In this document: in pieces, positions 7,368-14,676 of the stretch
Numbering within the stretch: position 1 is the stretch's first letter
Layout: the number at the start of each line of letters is the position of its first letter
IMG/VR virus record: IMGVR_UViG_3300049913_000012
DNA from: an uncultured virus (IMG/VR IMGVR_UViG_3300049913_000012)
Taxonomy: Duplodnaviria > Heunggongvirae > Uroviricota > Caudoviricetes
Length of the DNA stretch: 20,000 nucleotides
Strand: one strand, 5' to 3'
Position numbers and translations under genes: made by a program
The notes under the pieces: model-generated
What the model was told of the DNA's origin: nothing
Seen by the model: the letters and a program-made list of their open reading frames with translations, nothing else
The model's database searches: none

Positions 7368-7914
7368 ATAGACTTTACTTCGCAACACATCACATTGCCT
7401 GACATCACTCCACTGAACAAAACTGCACTCGATACCATAGATATTACTTTACTCTACTGAGCATAGCACCACTCGACTACACAACACAAAACTAAACAGG
7501 GCTACACATCGCATAACCTTATTCCATAGACCTTACTTTACTCAACTTCGCCAGACATCACACTGCCCAACCTTACTATACTCCACAAGACAATACCTCG
7601 TACCATAGACCTGACTGTACATCACACCACTGTACCCGACCATGCTCCACCCAACATTACCGCATACCATAGGCTTTACTTTACTCCACCTGACTCCACT
7701 ATACATTACTAAACCTGGCTTAACTGGGCCGCATTCCATAGACTGAGCCTTACTCCGCAAAGCCTCACGTCACCAAACAAAACCAAGCTCCGCACTACCT
7801 GATACCATAGACCTTACTTTACTGCGCTAGACATCACTGCACTAGACCAAACTAAACCGAGCCTTACCAAATTCCATAAGCTTTACTTGACCTTGCATTG
7901 CCATACCGCACCCA
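7368..7914 (-). repeat. Array of pentamer-periodic units ([NN-DGY]n separated by CTATGGWAY anchors); candidate guide-RNA array
   Basis: The + strand parses as 96 pentamers RCHNN (95 start with RC, one is ATATT, one has G at position 3). They fall into blocks of 12, 16, 14, 11, 12, 12, 12 and 7. Blocks are separated by RTWCC-ATAR at 7432-7440, 7521-7529, 7600-7608, 7664-7672, 7733-7741, 7802-7810 and 7871-7879. Confidence 0.92.
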
Positions 7915-7920
7915 TCAGCA

Positions 7921-8235
7921 CTAGGCCTTGAGCCTCGGAAGTTTCTTAGCATCCAAAACTTTCACTAATGGTACATCGGGCAAACTCAGTTTGATATATT
8001 GCTCAAGTTGAGCCTTGTCTGTAGCTAACTCACGAGCCATGTTGAAATATACTGCTTCCTGAGCACGTTCAGCTTGCTTTAGGCGTGACCATGTGGATAA
8101 CACCGATGATGCCAGACGAGCAGTGTCGATGTCTGTATCCATCAACTCATCGCCTGGACTTAAGAATACCTTGCGTAGAGCCGATACTGCTGGTTCTACA
8201 AGGACTTCGAGTTTATCGCTGTCTTTCATAATCAT
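7921..8235 (-). CDS. 104-aa alpha-helical hypothetical protein between the RAMP-like gene and the array
   Basis: ATGA overlap with the RAMP-like gene; its stop codon is 6 nt from the first array pentamer. Confidence 0.75.
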   Translation of the reverse strand: MIMKDSDKLEVLVEPAVSALRKVFLSPGDELMDTDIDTARLASSVLSTWSRLKQAERAQEAVYFNMARELATDKAQLEQYIKLSLPDVPLVKVLDAKKLPRLKA

Positions 8236-8843
8236 CCTCCTTTGCTATTCTTGGTGTCGTGCCAGTCGATTACAATGAACCGACCATGTTCAGGACGCCA
8301 TGATCCAATACCAACCAAGATACCAGCTTCTTCAAGAGCAATACGTACTTGCTCTGGACTTCTGCGTGGATCAAGAACATTCAGAGTAAATGATGCAACC
8401 CATCCAGTCCTAAAGGCTGGTCGATAGATCATACACGCTCCACCAGTTTTGGGAGGGCGTTTGCCTGGATGTTCGTGCATATAATCAAATGGCAATTCCC
8501 TTTGTGATGGTATTTCTTTTATGTAATCAGGTGTTGCGGGAGTGATATAGATCAGCCCCTCTACAAACACTGTGGCGATTAGATAAGGAGCAATATTCTT
8601 GCGTCCTTCCTTGAGATTGCCTGCCCTAGCACCCGCAGCCATGACTTGCTTGAACATCCAGCTAGGAATATGAGCCTTGCCATTCTCATCAACAGGACAT
8701 TTCTGGATAGCATCTTCACGCCACACTGAGTCTGGAATCTTGCCTCCACCTATACCACCCTGAAGAGCTAATAATTCTTTAGGGGTCATACGATTGAACA
8801 GTAAATCTGCTGTTCCTTGCAACTTACCTGTTATTTGATACAT
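8232..8843 (-). CDS. Stand-alone RAMP/Cas7-like RNA-binding protein
   Basis: N-terminal strand I.G.L.G..DLLFN, HIPSWMFKQVM..GA (RAMP IP.S..K-like motif), YRPAF..GW..SFTL.V, and a C-terminal Gly-rich loop ALEEAGILVGIGSWRPEHGRF. GAGGTG RBS. Assigned by motif recognition only. Confidence 0.78.
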   Translation of the reverse strand: MYQITGKLQGTADLLFNRMTPKELLALQGGIGGGKIPDSVWREDAIQKCPVDENGKAHIPSWMFKQVMAAGARAGNLKEGRKNIAPYLIATVFVEGLIYITPATPDYIKEIPSQRELPFDYMHEHPGKRPPKTGGACMIYRPAFRTGWVASFTLNVLDPRRSPEQVRIALEEAGILVGIGSWRPEHGRFIVIDWHDTKNSKGG

Positions 8844-8854
8844 ATTTCACCTCT

Positions 8855-9160
8855 TTACCTTTCTTTTACTTCTGCCATTTGTGGATTGTCATACAGGATC
8901 ATCATGACCCCATAAGCTATAGCATCAACTAAACTCTCACTGATCTTATCTATCCCAGCGTGAGTTAGAATGCCATGAATAGTCTCATGCCAGATTGTCT
9001 GCATCTCAGCTTGATAGGGCAGAGAGTCATCAATGGCTATTTCACACTCGCCATATTTGATATGCCCATCTAGCCTCCGACCATCAGGGTGTCTCAATTC
9101 GTGTTCTCTAATTACCTGAAATATAATCCCGCCAATCTTTATCTTATCTACTCTTGTCAT
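8855..9160 (-). CDS. Small HExxH zinc metallopeptidase-like protein (ImmA/IrrE-like)
   Basis: G.I.Y....I.ID...QTIWHETIHGIL...E.LVD motif. The likely start is ATG 9160 (MTRVDKIKIGG) behind GGAGG. Confidence 0.75.
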   Translation of the reverse strand: MTRVDKIKIGGIIFQVIREHELRHPDGRRLDGHIKYGECEIAIDDSLPYQAEMQTIWHETIHGILTHAGIDKISESLVDAIAYGVMMILYDNPQMAEVKER

Positions 9161-9229
9161 GCTGCCTCCCTTCTTTGATCTTACGAACAATCTCATCAAC
9201 TACCCACGCAAAGAAAATCACAAGTGCCA

Positions 9230-9748
9230 TTACACCAAGGAAGTCCATAGCCACCTCGTTTTCTCATCAGCTATGGTGATGACATCTTTGATCGCATAAA
9301 GCCACTCATAGATTGAGGCTGCGGTGTGCCATTCTGTAATATAAGAAAGGCACTTTCTTGCTCCCGCTTCTCCATGTTGGAGATCAATATGGCAACGACC
9401 AGGATGGCAGATAACAACATTGCAAGGTACATATATCTGCATCTGCCACTCGAAGGGCGCTCCATCCACTTCACCTCTGGTAATGAGCCATTCATGTAAG
9501 TCTCCTTCCTTGAGATACTCACCACAATTGGGGCATTGTGTTGCCCAGGTCTGATAGTGCTTCTCTCCCATGCGTACCATCTTGTTTCGCTGGTAGAAGA
9601 CCTCTGCTTTCAACTGCCTTCTTGCTATCCCTAAGAAATCGCTTCGCTCTCTTGCTAATACTGAAAACTTGGTAATTGTATTCGAGGAAGTCAAGGATGC
9701 AGGAACATTGATATATGGTAAGGTCGTAGCTTGATCCGACATGCTCAC
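9230..9748 (-). CDS. Putative HNH-like/zinc-binding nuclease (start uncertain, probably downstream of 9748)
   Basis: CPNCGEYL...DLHEWL...CNVVICHPGRCH resembles the CxxC...H...N...C..CH HNH layout. Long overlap with the upstream ORF. Confidence 0.5.
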   Translation of the reverse strand: MSMSDQATTLPYINVPASLTSSNTITKFSVLARERSDFLGIARRQLKAEVFYQRNKMVRMGEKHYQTWATQCPNCGEYLKEGDLHEWLITRGEVDGAPFEWQMQIYVPCNVVICHPGRCHIDLQHGEAGARKCLSYITEWHTAASIYEWLYAIKDVITIADEKTRWLWTSLV

Positions 9749-9950
9749 CTATCCAGAGAGATAATATCCCTAAGCGCACCTCCCTACGCTTGGCAGCGTC
9801 TCGCATGCGAGAAAGACTGCCCTCAATTATGATATTCAGTGGTCTGATGTTGGTATACCTTGAGTGAATATACTTTGTCTCAAGGTTATGTTCGACAGCA
9901 ATCCGATTATGGAGGGCTTGCAGCTCCACTTGATAGTTGTATTTTCTCAT
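9519..9950 (-). CDS. Hypothetical protein
   Basis: 143-aa ORF with a strong AAGGAGGAG RBS. Confidence 0.6.
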   Translation of the reverse strand: MRKYNYQVELQALHNRIAVEHNLETKYIHSRYTNIRPLNIIIEGSLSRMRDAAKRREVRLGILSLWIGEHVGSSYDLTIYQCSCILDFLEYNYQVFSISKRAKRFLRDSKKAVESRGLLPAKQDGTHGREALSDLGNTMPQLW

Positions 9951-10209
9951 ACTCCTCCTTGCTTATGAGGTCTGCTTCATAAAGCACTTGAAACCCATAG
10001 TCAGTCAAACGCCGACTGCGGGGCTGTCTAAATCGTGGTTGGATTACTAGGCCTTGCTCCTGTAGCCATTTCAGGCGCTCAGCTATCGTTCCAGGCGAGT
10101 TAGCTTGGATGGCTGCTCTCATCTCATGCACGCTAGGATTGCCATTCTTTATCAAGATCATGATTAGCATATCCTTTTGGTCGATGTGAGTTTTCTTTCG
10201 ATCTGTCAT
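9907..10209 (-). CDS. LexA-type winged-helix DNA-binding protein without peptidase domain
   Basis: PSVHEM..AI.ANSPGTIAERLKWLQEQGLV.....QPRSRRL matches the LexA N-terminal domain pattern (PSVREI...S.STV...L..LE.KG.I.......R.I). Only 100 aa long. Confidence 0.75.
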   Translation of the reverse strand: MTDRKKTHIDQKDMLIMILIKNGNPSVHEMRAAIQANSPGTIAERLKWLQEQGLVIQPRFRQPRSRRLTDYGFQVLYEADLISKEEYEKIQLSSGAASPP

Positions 10210-10222
10210 ATTCTCTCCTCTC

Positions 10223-10287
10223 TAGGTAAGGGGAGGGAGGTCTTCCCTCCCCTAGCCTAAGTAGCTGGAGCCAGGGGAACTCCAGTT
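10223..10287 (-). promoter_or_regulatory. Two hairpins in the leader of the LexA-like gene
   Basis: GGGGAGGGAG (10230-10239)/TTCCCTCCCC (10243-10252), extendable via TAGG/CCTA, and AGCTGGAG (10263-10270)/CTCCAGTT (10280-10287). No U-tract follows. Confidence 0.45.
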
Positions 10288-10297
10288 GTAAACCATT

Positions 10298-10603
10298 TTA
10301 CTTCTCCTTGTCTAACTTGTCAACGTAATTACTTACAATTGAGTCGGCCTGAATTTGTACAGCTAGGTCTTTCAGATACGAAAACAAGTCAACAATTATT
10401 ACATTGCGTAGGTTAGGCAAGACATCTGGTTCAATATGCGAGAATGCCTCTTCCTTGGTATCAGCAAACACAAAGCCGAACATCGGAACAGGGCCGACAA
10501 TAGGTACTTCTGGCGGTGCATCTCCTACTGCTATCACCAGAAACATATTCTTCTCGCACATGATTTGTAGATTACCGAAACCAGCGAGATGACAGTATGG
10601 CAT
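10298..10603 (-). CDS. Hypothetical protein
   Basis: 101-aa ORF in tight operon spacing. Confidence 0.65.
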   Translation of the reverse strand: MPYCHLAGFGNLQIMCEKNMFLVIAVGDAPPEVPIVGPVPMFGFVFADTKEEAFSHIEPDVLPNLRNVIIVDLFSYLKDLAVQIQADSIVSNYVDKLDKEK

Positions 10604-10604
10604 A

Positions 10605-11327
10605 TTAGCCTCGTTTCATAACAATAGGTAAAGCGATGCTAGTGTCTAGGCGTCTCACTGTAAGCCTGAATAGCTTCTCCTGATTGGGATTGCCATCATC
10701 GGACTCGTCCTTGATATTAGTAGAGTACGGTCTACGCCCATCAGGTACAGTCTTATACCAGCCTAGCATCTTGGCGAAGTAAGCCACGCTAGATTGATCT
10801 TTCATGGCTAGCTTTTTACTTCTATAAAAGAAGCCCATTTCTTCTCCAGGTTTCAAGACGACTAACTCTTCCAGTAATGGATGCTCGCTAACATGGCGCT
10901 CTGGTCTTTGTACAGTCCTGGTAACTGCTGTCTGTCTGATCCAGTTATGTACCGCAGCAGCCATCTTTAGACCACGAACTTCCGAGCATGCCAAATCCTC
11001 TTTCGAGGCATGAAAGGTAGTAGTACTCTGGTGTTTGATAGGTCTTACATCGTACATATCATCACGAACTGAGTGCATAGCTCCAGCCAACCAGCGTCCT
11101 AGTTTAGCTTCTTCACTCTGCTTCTCGATAGGTAGCTCGTGCTCAATACCATGCTTAGTATAGCATTGTCTTAGCCTTGGATAATCGAACAGTAGATTGT
11201 TTCTGATGTTCTTCCAACTCTCAATATCCCCGCCATTGCGAATACTTGTGGCTAGACGATCACGAAACTCCTTCATGAAGGCGTCCATATCCTTACGGAA
11301 CATGTCTTCAAATGTTGTGCCTGTCAT
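10605..11327 (-). CDS. Hypothetical protein
   Basis: 240-aa ORF with an ATGA overlap with the upstream gene. Confidence 0.75.
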   Translation of the reverse strand: MTGTTFEDMFRKDMDAFMKEFRDRLATSIRNGGDIESWKNIRNNLLFDYPRLRQCYTKHGIEHELPIEKQSEEAKLGRWLAGAMHSVRDDMYDVRPIKHQSTTTFHASKEDLACSEVRGLKMAAAVHNWIRQTAVTRTVQRPERHVSEHPLLEELVVLKPGEEMGFFYRSKKLAMKDQSSVAYFAKMLGWYKTVPDGRRPYSTNIKDESDDGNPNQEKLFRLTVRRLDTSIALPIVMKRG

Positions 11328-11887
11328 ATTTCCCTACTTTCTCCCTCTATTGTGGTGAAGTCTTCTGTATCACCTGGGGGTAACAGATTATTCATTGGGC
11401 CATCTGTCCATAGCTGAGAGATGGTTTTGTCACCAGGGCCGAGCATGAATGGCACGAGCGCAGAGAAGCCAGGAGATAGCTGTTGCAAGAACCATGTTCC
11501 ATCTAGAGCTATACGTAGCATATAAAGCGACATTCTCAAAGACGCATCACGATGCTTGCTTTTATCTGCTCTATTCCAATTGATGTTCGGGTCAACTGGT
11601 AAGGCAGCAATGTCTATTCGACCAAACATCTGCCGACCATCTGGGGTTTCTACTGTGTATTTGATCTGGAAGCCATCACGACTGCCTTGTTCACTGTCAA
11701 ATGTACCTTGTTGAAAAGTTGTGATTACAGCCCCAAGTCTTCCAAGTGCCTCTGTAACTTCTGACTTTAGAGCCTTGAAGCTTTTGGATGTAGACTGTCC
11801 TTGCCAGCCACTCTCTTTTGCTCCTAGAGTCTCTTCGTAATACGGTACACGTTGTTCTTCTTCGGGTGTATTAGGTATGAATGGCAT
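11324..11887 (-). CDS. Hypothetical protein
   Basis: 187-aa ORF with an AAGGAGG RBS and TAATG overlap. Confidence 0.75.
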   Translation of the reverse strand: MPFIPNTPEEEQRVPYYEETLGAKESGWQGQSTSKSFKALKSEVTEALGRLGAVITTFQQGTFDSEQGSRDGFQIKYTVETPDGRQMFGRIDIAALPVDPNINWNRADKSKHRDASLRMSLYMLRIALDGTWFLQQLSPGFSALVPFMLGPGDKTISQLWTDGPMNNLLPPGDTEDFTTIEGESREI

Positions 11888-12087
11888 TATCCCTCCTTTA
11901 TAAAACTGTAGTGTTGAGCTTTCTCAAAGCAGTCAGGATTGTCATTACAATATCGGACGTTCTGAGTACCAACTTGTCGTCCACCTATAACAAGTGGTGT
12001 TTTCCACACCGATATTTTGTCATCGGGTCGCTCCTCGCCACAGATATGACACTTCCATGTAAGTTGACTCATATCAGATAGGTTCAT
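11887..12087 (-). CDS. Small zinc-finger-like protein
   Basis: WKCHICG...YCNDNPDC. Confidence 0.65.
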   Translation of the reverse strand: MNLSDMSQLTWKCHICGEERPDDKISVWKTPLVIGGRQVGTQNVRYCNDNPDCFEKAQHYSFIKEG

Positions 12088-12247
12088 TTTTTACCTTCTT
12101 TCTGCCTTCTATCTCATCGGCTTTGTCCATCAGGACATCGAATTTCTCCCGATCTTCGGGGTGTAATTTGGCACTCCAGCCATAATGCTCATTGGCATAG
12201 TTGCGTAGTGCCTTGACTATTAGCTTTCGCTTCTCACTCTTGGTCAT
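12074..12247 (-). CDS. 57-aa hypothetical protein (below ORF-track cutoff)
   Basis: Manual translation MTKSEKRKLIVKALRNYANEHYGWSAKLHPEDREKFDVLMDKADEIEGRKKVKNEPI. It fills the gap and has an ATGA overlap with the upstream gene. Confidence 0.6.
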   Translation of the reverse strand: MTKSEKRKLIVKALRNYANEHYGWSAKLHPEDREKFDVLMDKADEIEGRKKVKNEPI

Positions 12248-12489
12248 GGTATCTTATCTTCTAGCCAAGCCATGCCCACTGCCGTGAGTTGGATAACCTC
12301 CTTGATGATCGGATCATCCTTCAGGCTCTCATGGTCAATGTATCTTTTTACGATGGCTTCTGCTGCTTCACCAACCTCTTCCACAAGGATACCTAGCCAT
12401 TCCAAGTGAGAGTGATGTTGCTCACCCCATTTGGCTAACTGTCTTTCTCGCTCGTCATGTATCAATATAGTGATTTCAAGGAATGTCAT
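12244..12489 (-). CDS. MazG-like nucleotide pyrophosphohydrolase
   Basis: ERERQLAKWGEQ...WLGILVEEVGEAAEA...KEVIQLTAV follows the EExxE/ExxQ MazG-like pattern. Confidence 0.8.
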   Translation of the reverse strand: MTFLEITILIHDERERQLAKWGEQHHSHLEWLGILVEEVGEAAEAIVKRYIDHESLKDDPIIKEVIQLTAVGMAWLEDKIP

Positions 12490-13088
12490 CTGTACCTCCA
12501 GTCTCTTTCTTCACGTTTCTGTCGCAGGATATGGTCACGTCCCCACGCTCCCTGTTTCTTGGTATAGTGACCGAACCTACGCATGAGCAGTTTGTACTGA
12601 GGCCAATTCATATCGCTGGCTTCGTCCCAAATATCGTGCCAGACTGCACCATAGAACTTGTGCTTGGGTGGTCGCCACTCTAAGGCATCAGCCTGAATGA
12701 TTGTTATCATGTCGGGGAATAGCTTTTGTAGCTGAGTACCCACCAGTAAGATCACCATAGCGTCTATCTCTACGACCTCCACCCTGAAGCCTTTGTCGAG
12801 AGCTAGCTTTGCTGCTACGCCTAGACCTAGACCACTGATGTGTATCTCGTTACTCATGTCGCCATCAAACATACTGGTGAAGTCGTACAGATGTACCATT
12901 TCTTGGCGGGTATCACTCATGACGATGCCCCTCTTCTCGTGAAATAGACCAGTGTATCTCCCTGGGTGTGGTGCTATTTCATACGATCCATAACAGCTTA
13001 TCTGATAGATAGCTGCTTGTTCCTTGGATATATCAAAGTGCTTGATTGTCCAAGGCCCCAGTTTTCCTTCCTTTATCCAGTCTAGCAT
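12486..13088 (-). CDS. Class I SAM-dependent methyltransferase / spermidine-synthase-like fold protein
   Basis: IVMSDT..E, ISGLGLG (motif I), VEVVEID, IIQADAL, YGAVWHDIW. Confidence 0.8.
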   Translation of the reverse strand: MLDWIKEGKLGPWTIKHFDISKEQAAIYQISCYGSYEIAPHPGRYTGLFHEKRGIVMSDTRQEMVHLYDFTSMFDGDMSNEIHISGLGLGVAAKLALDKGFRVEVVEIDAMVILLVGTQLQKLFPDMITIIQADALEWRPPKHKFYGAVWHDIWDEASDMNWPQYKLLMRRFGHYTKKQGAWGRDHILRQKREERDWRYR

Positions 13089-13260
13089 ATTTCACCTCCT
13101 TCATTAGGTCTTTCGCTTTTGTTTCGTTTAGTAGTTTCATAGCAGATAAGGCACAAATGATACCAAAGGGGTCTACCTTAGCCCCATTTTCATTGCACCA
13201 AATAACTGCTATTTCTGATAGTCTCATACGTTGAGAGAACAATAGTCTATCTTCAAACAT
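13033..13260 (-). CDS. Hypothetical protein
   Basis: 75-aa ORF overlapping both neighbours, with RBS. Confidence 0.6.
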   Translation of the reverse strand: MFEDRLLFSQRMRLSEIAVIWCNENGAKVDPFGIICALSAMKLLNETKAKDLMKEVKYARLDKGRKTGALDNQAL

Positions 13261-13936
13261 TCCTTGCCTCCTTCTGTTCTTTTAGCCATGCGTCATGTTC
13301 TGGCTCTTCACAGAACTGATTATAGTAATCACCAATTGCTCGATAGAAGTAGGGTGGTAGGTGTGGATCACACTCGAACTCTACTTCACCACTACTGATA
13401 AGCTCGAACTGTGCTTCCTGAAACGATAGTCCATCTAGTTGCAATGAACCAATCAAGTCCTTGGTAAGCTCATCCCATACTGGCGACTCTCTCGTGTACC
13501 CCATAGGTATTGTCTGAAGATAGTTTTCCTTGAGCATATCCTTGATGAGCTTCTCGTCAAACGGCCTTACTTCTCCGTTCCACATGCGAATAAGCTGTGA
13601 TGCTGGTGTATGTAGTGTCATCCATGTTGTCTGTTTATCTGTCACACCATTTAGCTCAAGCATAAAGTCTACAGTGTCTGCATCCAAGAACTCGCCTCTA
13701 ACTATGTTGCTACCATAGAGTGTCCAGGGACAGCCCTCATCGTAGGCGTAGTAGATGTCCAGATGATGTACTCCAAGCTCGTGTATGCTTTCAGTGATGC
13801 GTAATCCTCGTGGAGCGTAGGGATTACCTATGATAGTGACCCAACCTCCCCAAGGTGGCAGTATTGTCTTGCCATCTTGACGAATGAAGTCGATCAATTT
13901 TCCTTCTGTTAGTTTAGTCTCCCTTTTCCTTACCAT
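13253..13936 (-). CDS. Hypothetical protein
   Basis: 227-aa ORF with an AGGAGGTG RBS. Confidence 0.75.
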   Translation of the reverse strand: MVRKRETKLTEGKLIDFIRQDGKTILPPWGGWVTIIGNPYAPRGLRITESIHELGVHHLDIYYAYDEGCPWTLYGSNIVRGEFLDADTVDFMLELNGVTDKQTTWMTLHTPASQLIRMWNGEVRPFDEKLIKDMLKENYLQTIPMGYTRESPVWDELTKDLIGSLQLDGLSFQEAQFELISSGEVEFECDPHLPPYFYRAIGDYYNQFCEEPEHDAWLKEQKEARNV

Positions 13937-14186
13937 CCTTCACCTCCTGTGCCTCGCTTTCTGTAACCTCATAGAAAAGCGAGTGGCTGTTCCTGATACC
14001 TAGAATGTCACCTGGGTAGCAAATGTTGTAGTCCATGATAGCATTAGCTCTTCCCTTGGTGACTTCAACATCAATGAAAGTATCAGGGGCTTCTAAATCT
14101 CCATTGATACTTAGTATCTTAGCGTAGAATGTACCCTTGCGGGTATGTACGATCTTATAGAATTTTCCTACTACTGGTTTATTCAT
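13914..14186 (-). CDS. Hypothetical protein
   Basis: 90-aa ORF with a GGAGG RBS. Confidence 0.7.
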   Translation of the reverse strand: MNKPVVGKFYKIVHTRKGTFYAKILSINGDLEAPDTFIDVEVTKGRANAIMDYNICYPGDILGIRNSHSLFYEVTESEAQEVKDGKEKGD

Positions 14187-14676
14187 CCTCCACCTTCTTT
14201 CTTAGGTATAAATTGCCATATAGATTAGTAACTCTCCATGCTAGAAGTCTAGCAGCTACCTTAGCCTTACCATCACCTATCTTCAATTTGAGTAGCTGAG
14301 GTGCTTGTTTTTTTATCCTCATATTCCAATAGAAGCGCTCATCGTCATAGTACACCTCGATCCATCCTGCATGTTCTGGTGGTTCTATCTGGAAGCCACA
14401 CGTCACATACCAGAAATAGTTAGGTGAGTATCTTGGAGTACCAAGGTAGTTCCATAGCCACTTACGTTTCTTGCCATCTCGGTTGTAGTCTGCCTTGCTG
14501 ATCTTCATCTCAAACTCATGGATAAGACCAGCCCTAGTCACAGAGATAAGGTCGGCCTCGCTACTGTAGTTGATGAAGGTATTGCTGTTGGGTATCACAT
14601 ATTCATGATGCTTCTCTCCCATACACCAGCGCATGACTACAGCCTGAAGAAGAGCTTCAGTGACTTTCATTTCCAA
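14179..14676 (-). CDS. MmcB-like PD-(D/E)XK nuclease-fold protein
   Basis: EADLISV...IHEFEMKISKADY.RD..K...PNYFWYV...P..AGWI. Confidence 0.75.
   Translation of the reverse strand: MEMKVTEALLQAVVMRWCMGEKHHEYVIPNSNTFINYSSEADLISVTRAGLIHEFEMKISKADYNRDGKKRKWLWNYLGTPRYSPNYFWYVTCGFQIEPPEHAGWIEVYYDDERFYWNMRIKKQAPQLLKLKIGDGKAKVAARLLAWRVTNLYGNLYLRKKVEDE

Noticed and set aside
7079..7438. 119-aa minus-strand ORF (and 7043..7225 on the plus strand)
   Set aside because: They overlap the tRNAs and/or the structured RNA and are spurious.
7542..7760. 72-aa ORF inside the array
   Set aside because: It covers only part of the array and has no RBS. A 5-nt period with 5n+4 units does not fit codon structure, so the ORF is probably incidental.
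7372..7879. Idea that the three non-GY bases of each pentamer (NND) spell contiguous codons of a target gene
   Set aside because: Some units translate plausibly (e.g. LKSLLLADLAKK), but the unit at 7673-7732 gives TAA. The D position also almost never has C, so it behaves as scaffold rather than copied sequence.
7368..7914. Classical CRISPR array
   Set aside because: The anchors are only ~9-19 nt and degenerate. The intervening sequence is itself constrained to 5-nt periodicity, unlike free spacers, and no cas1/cas2 is present.
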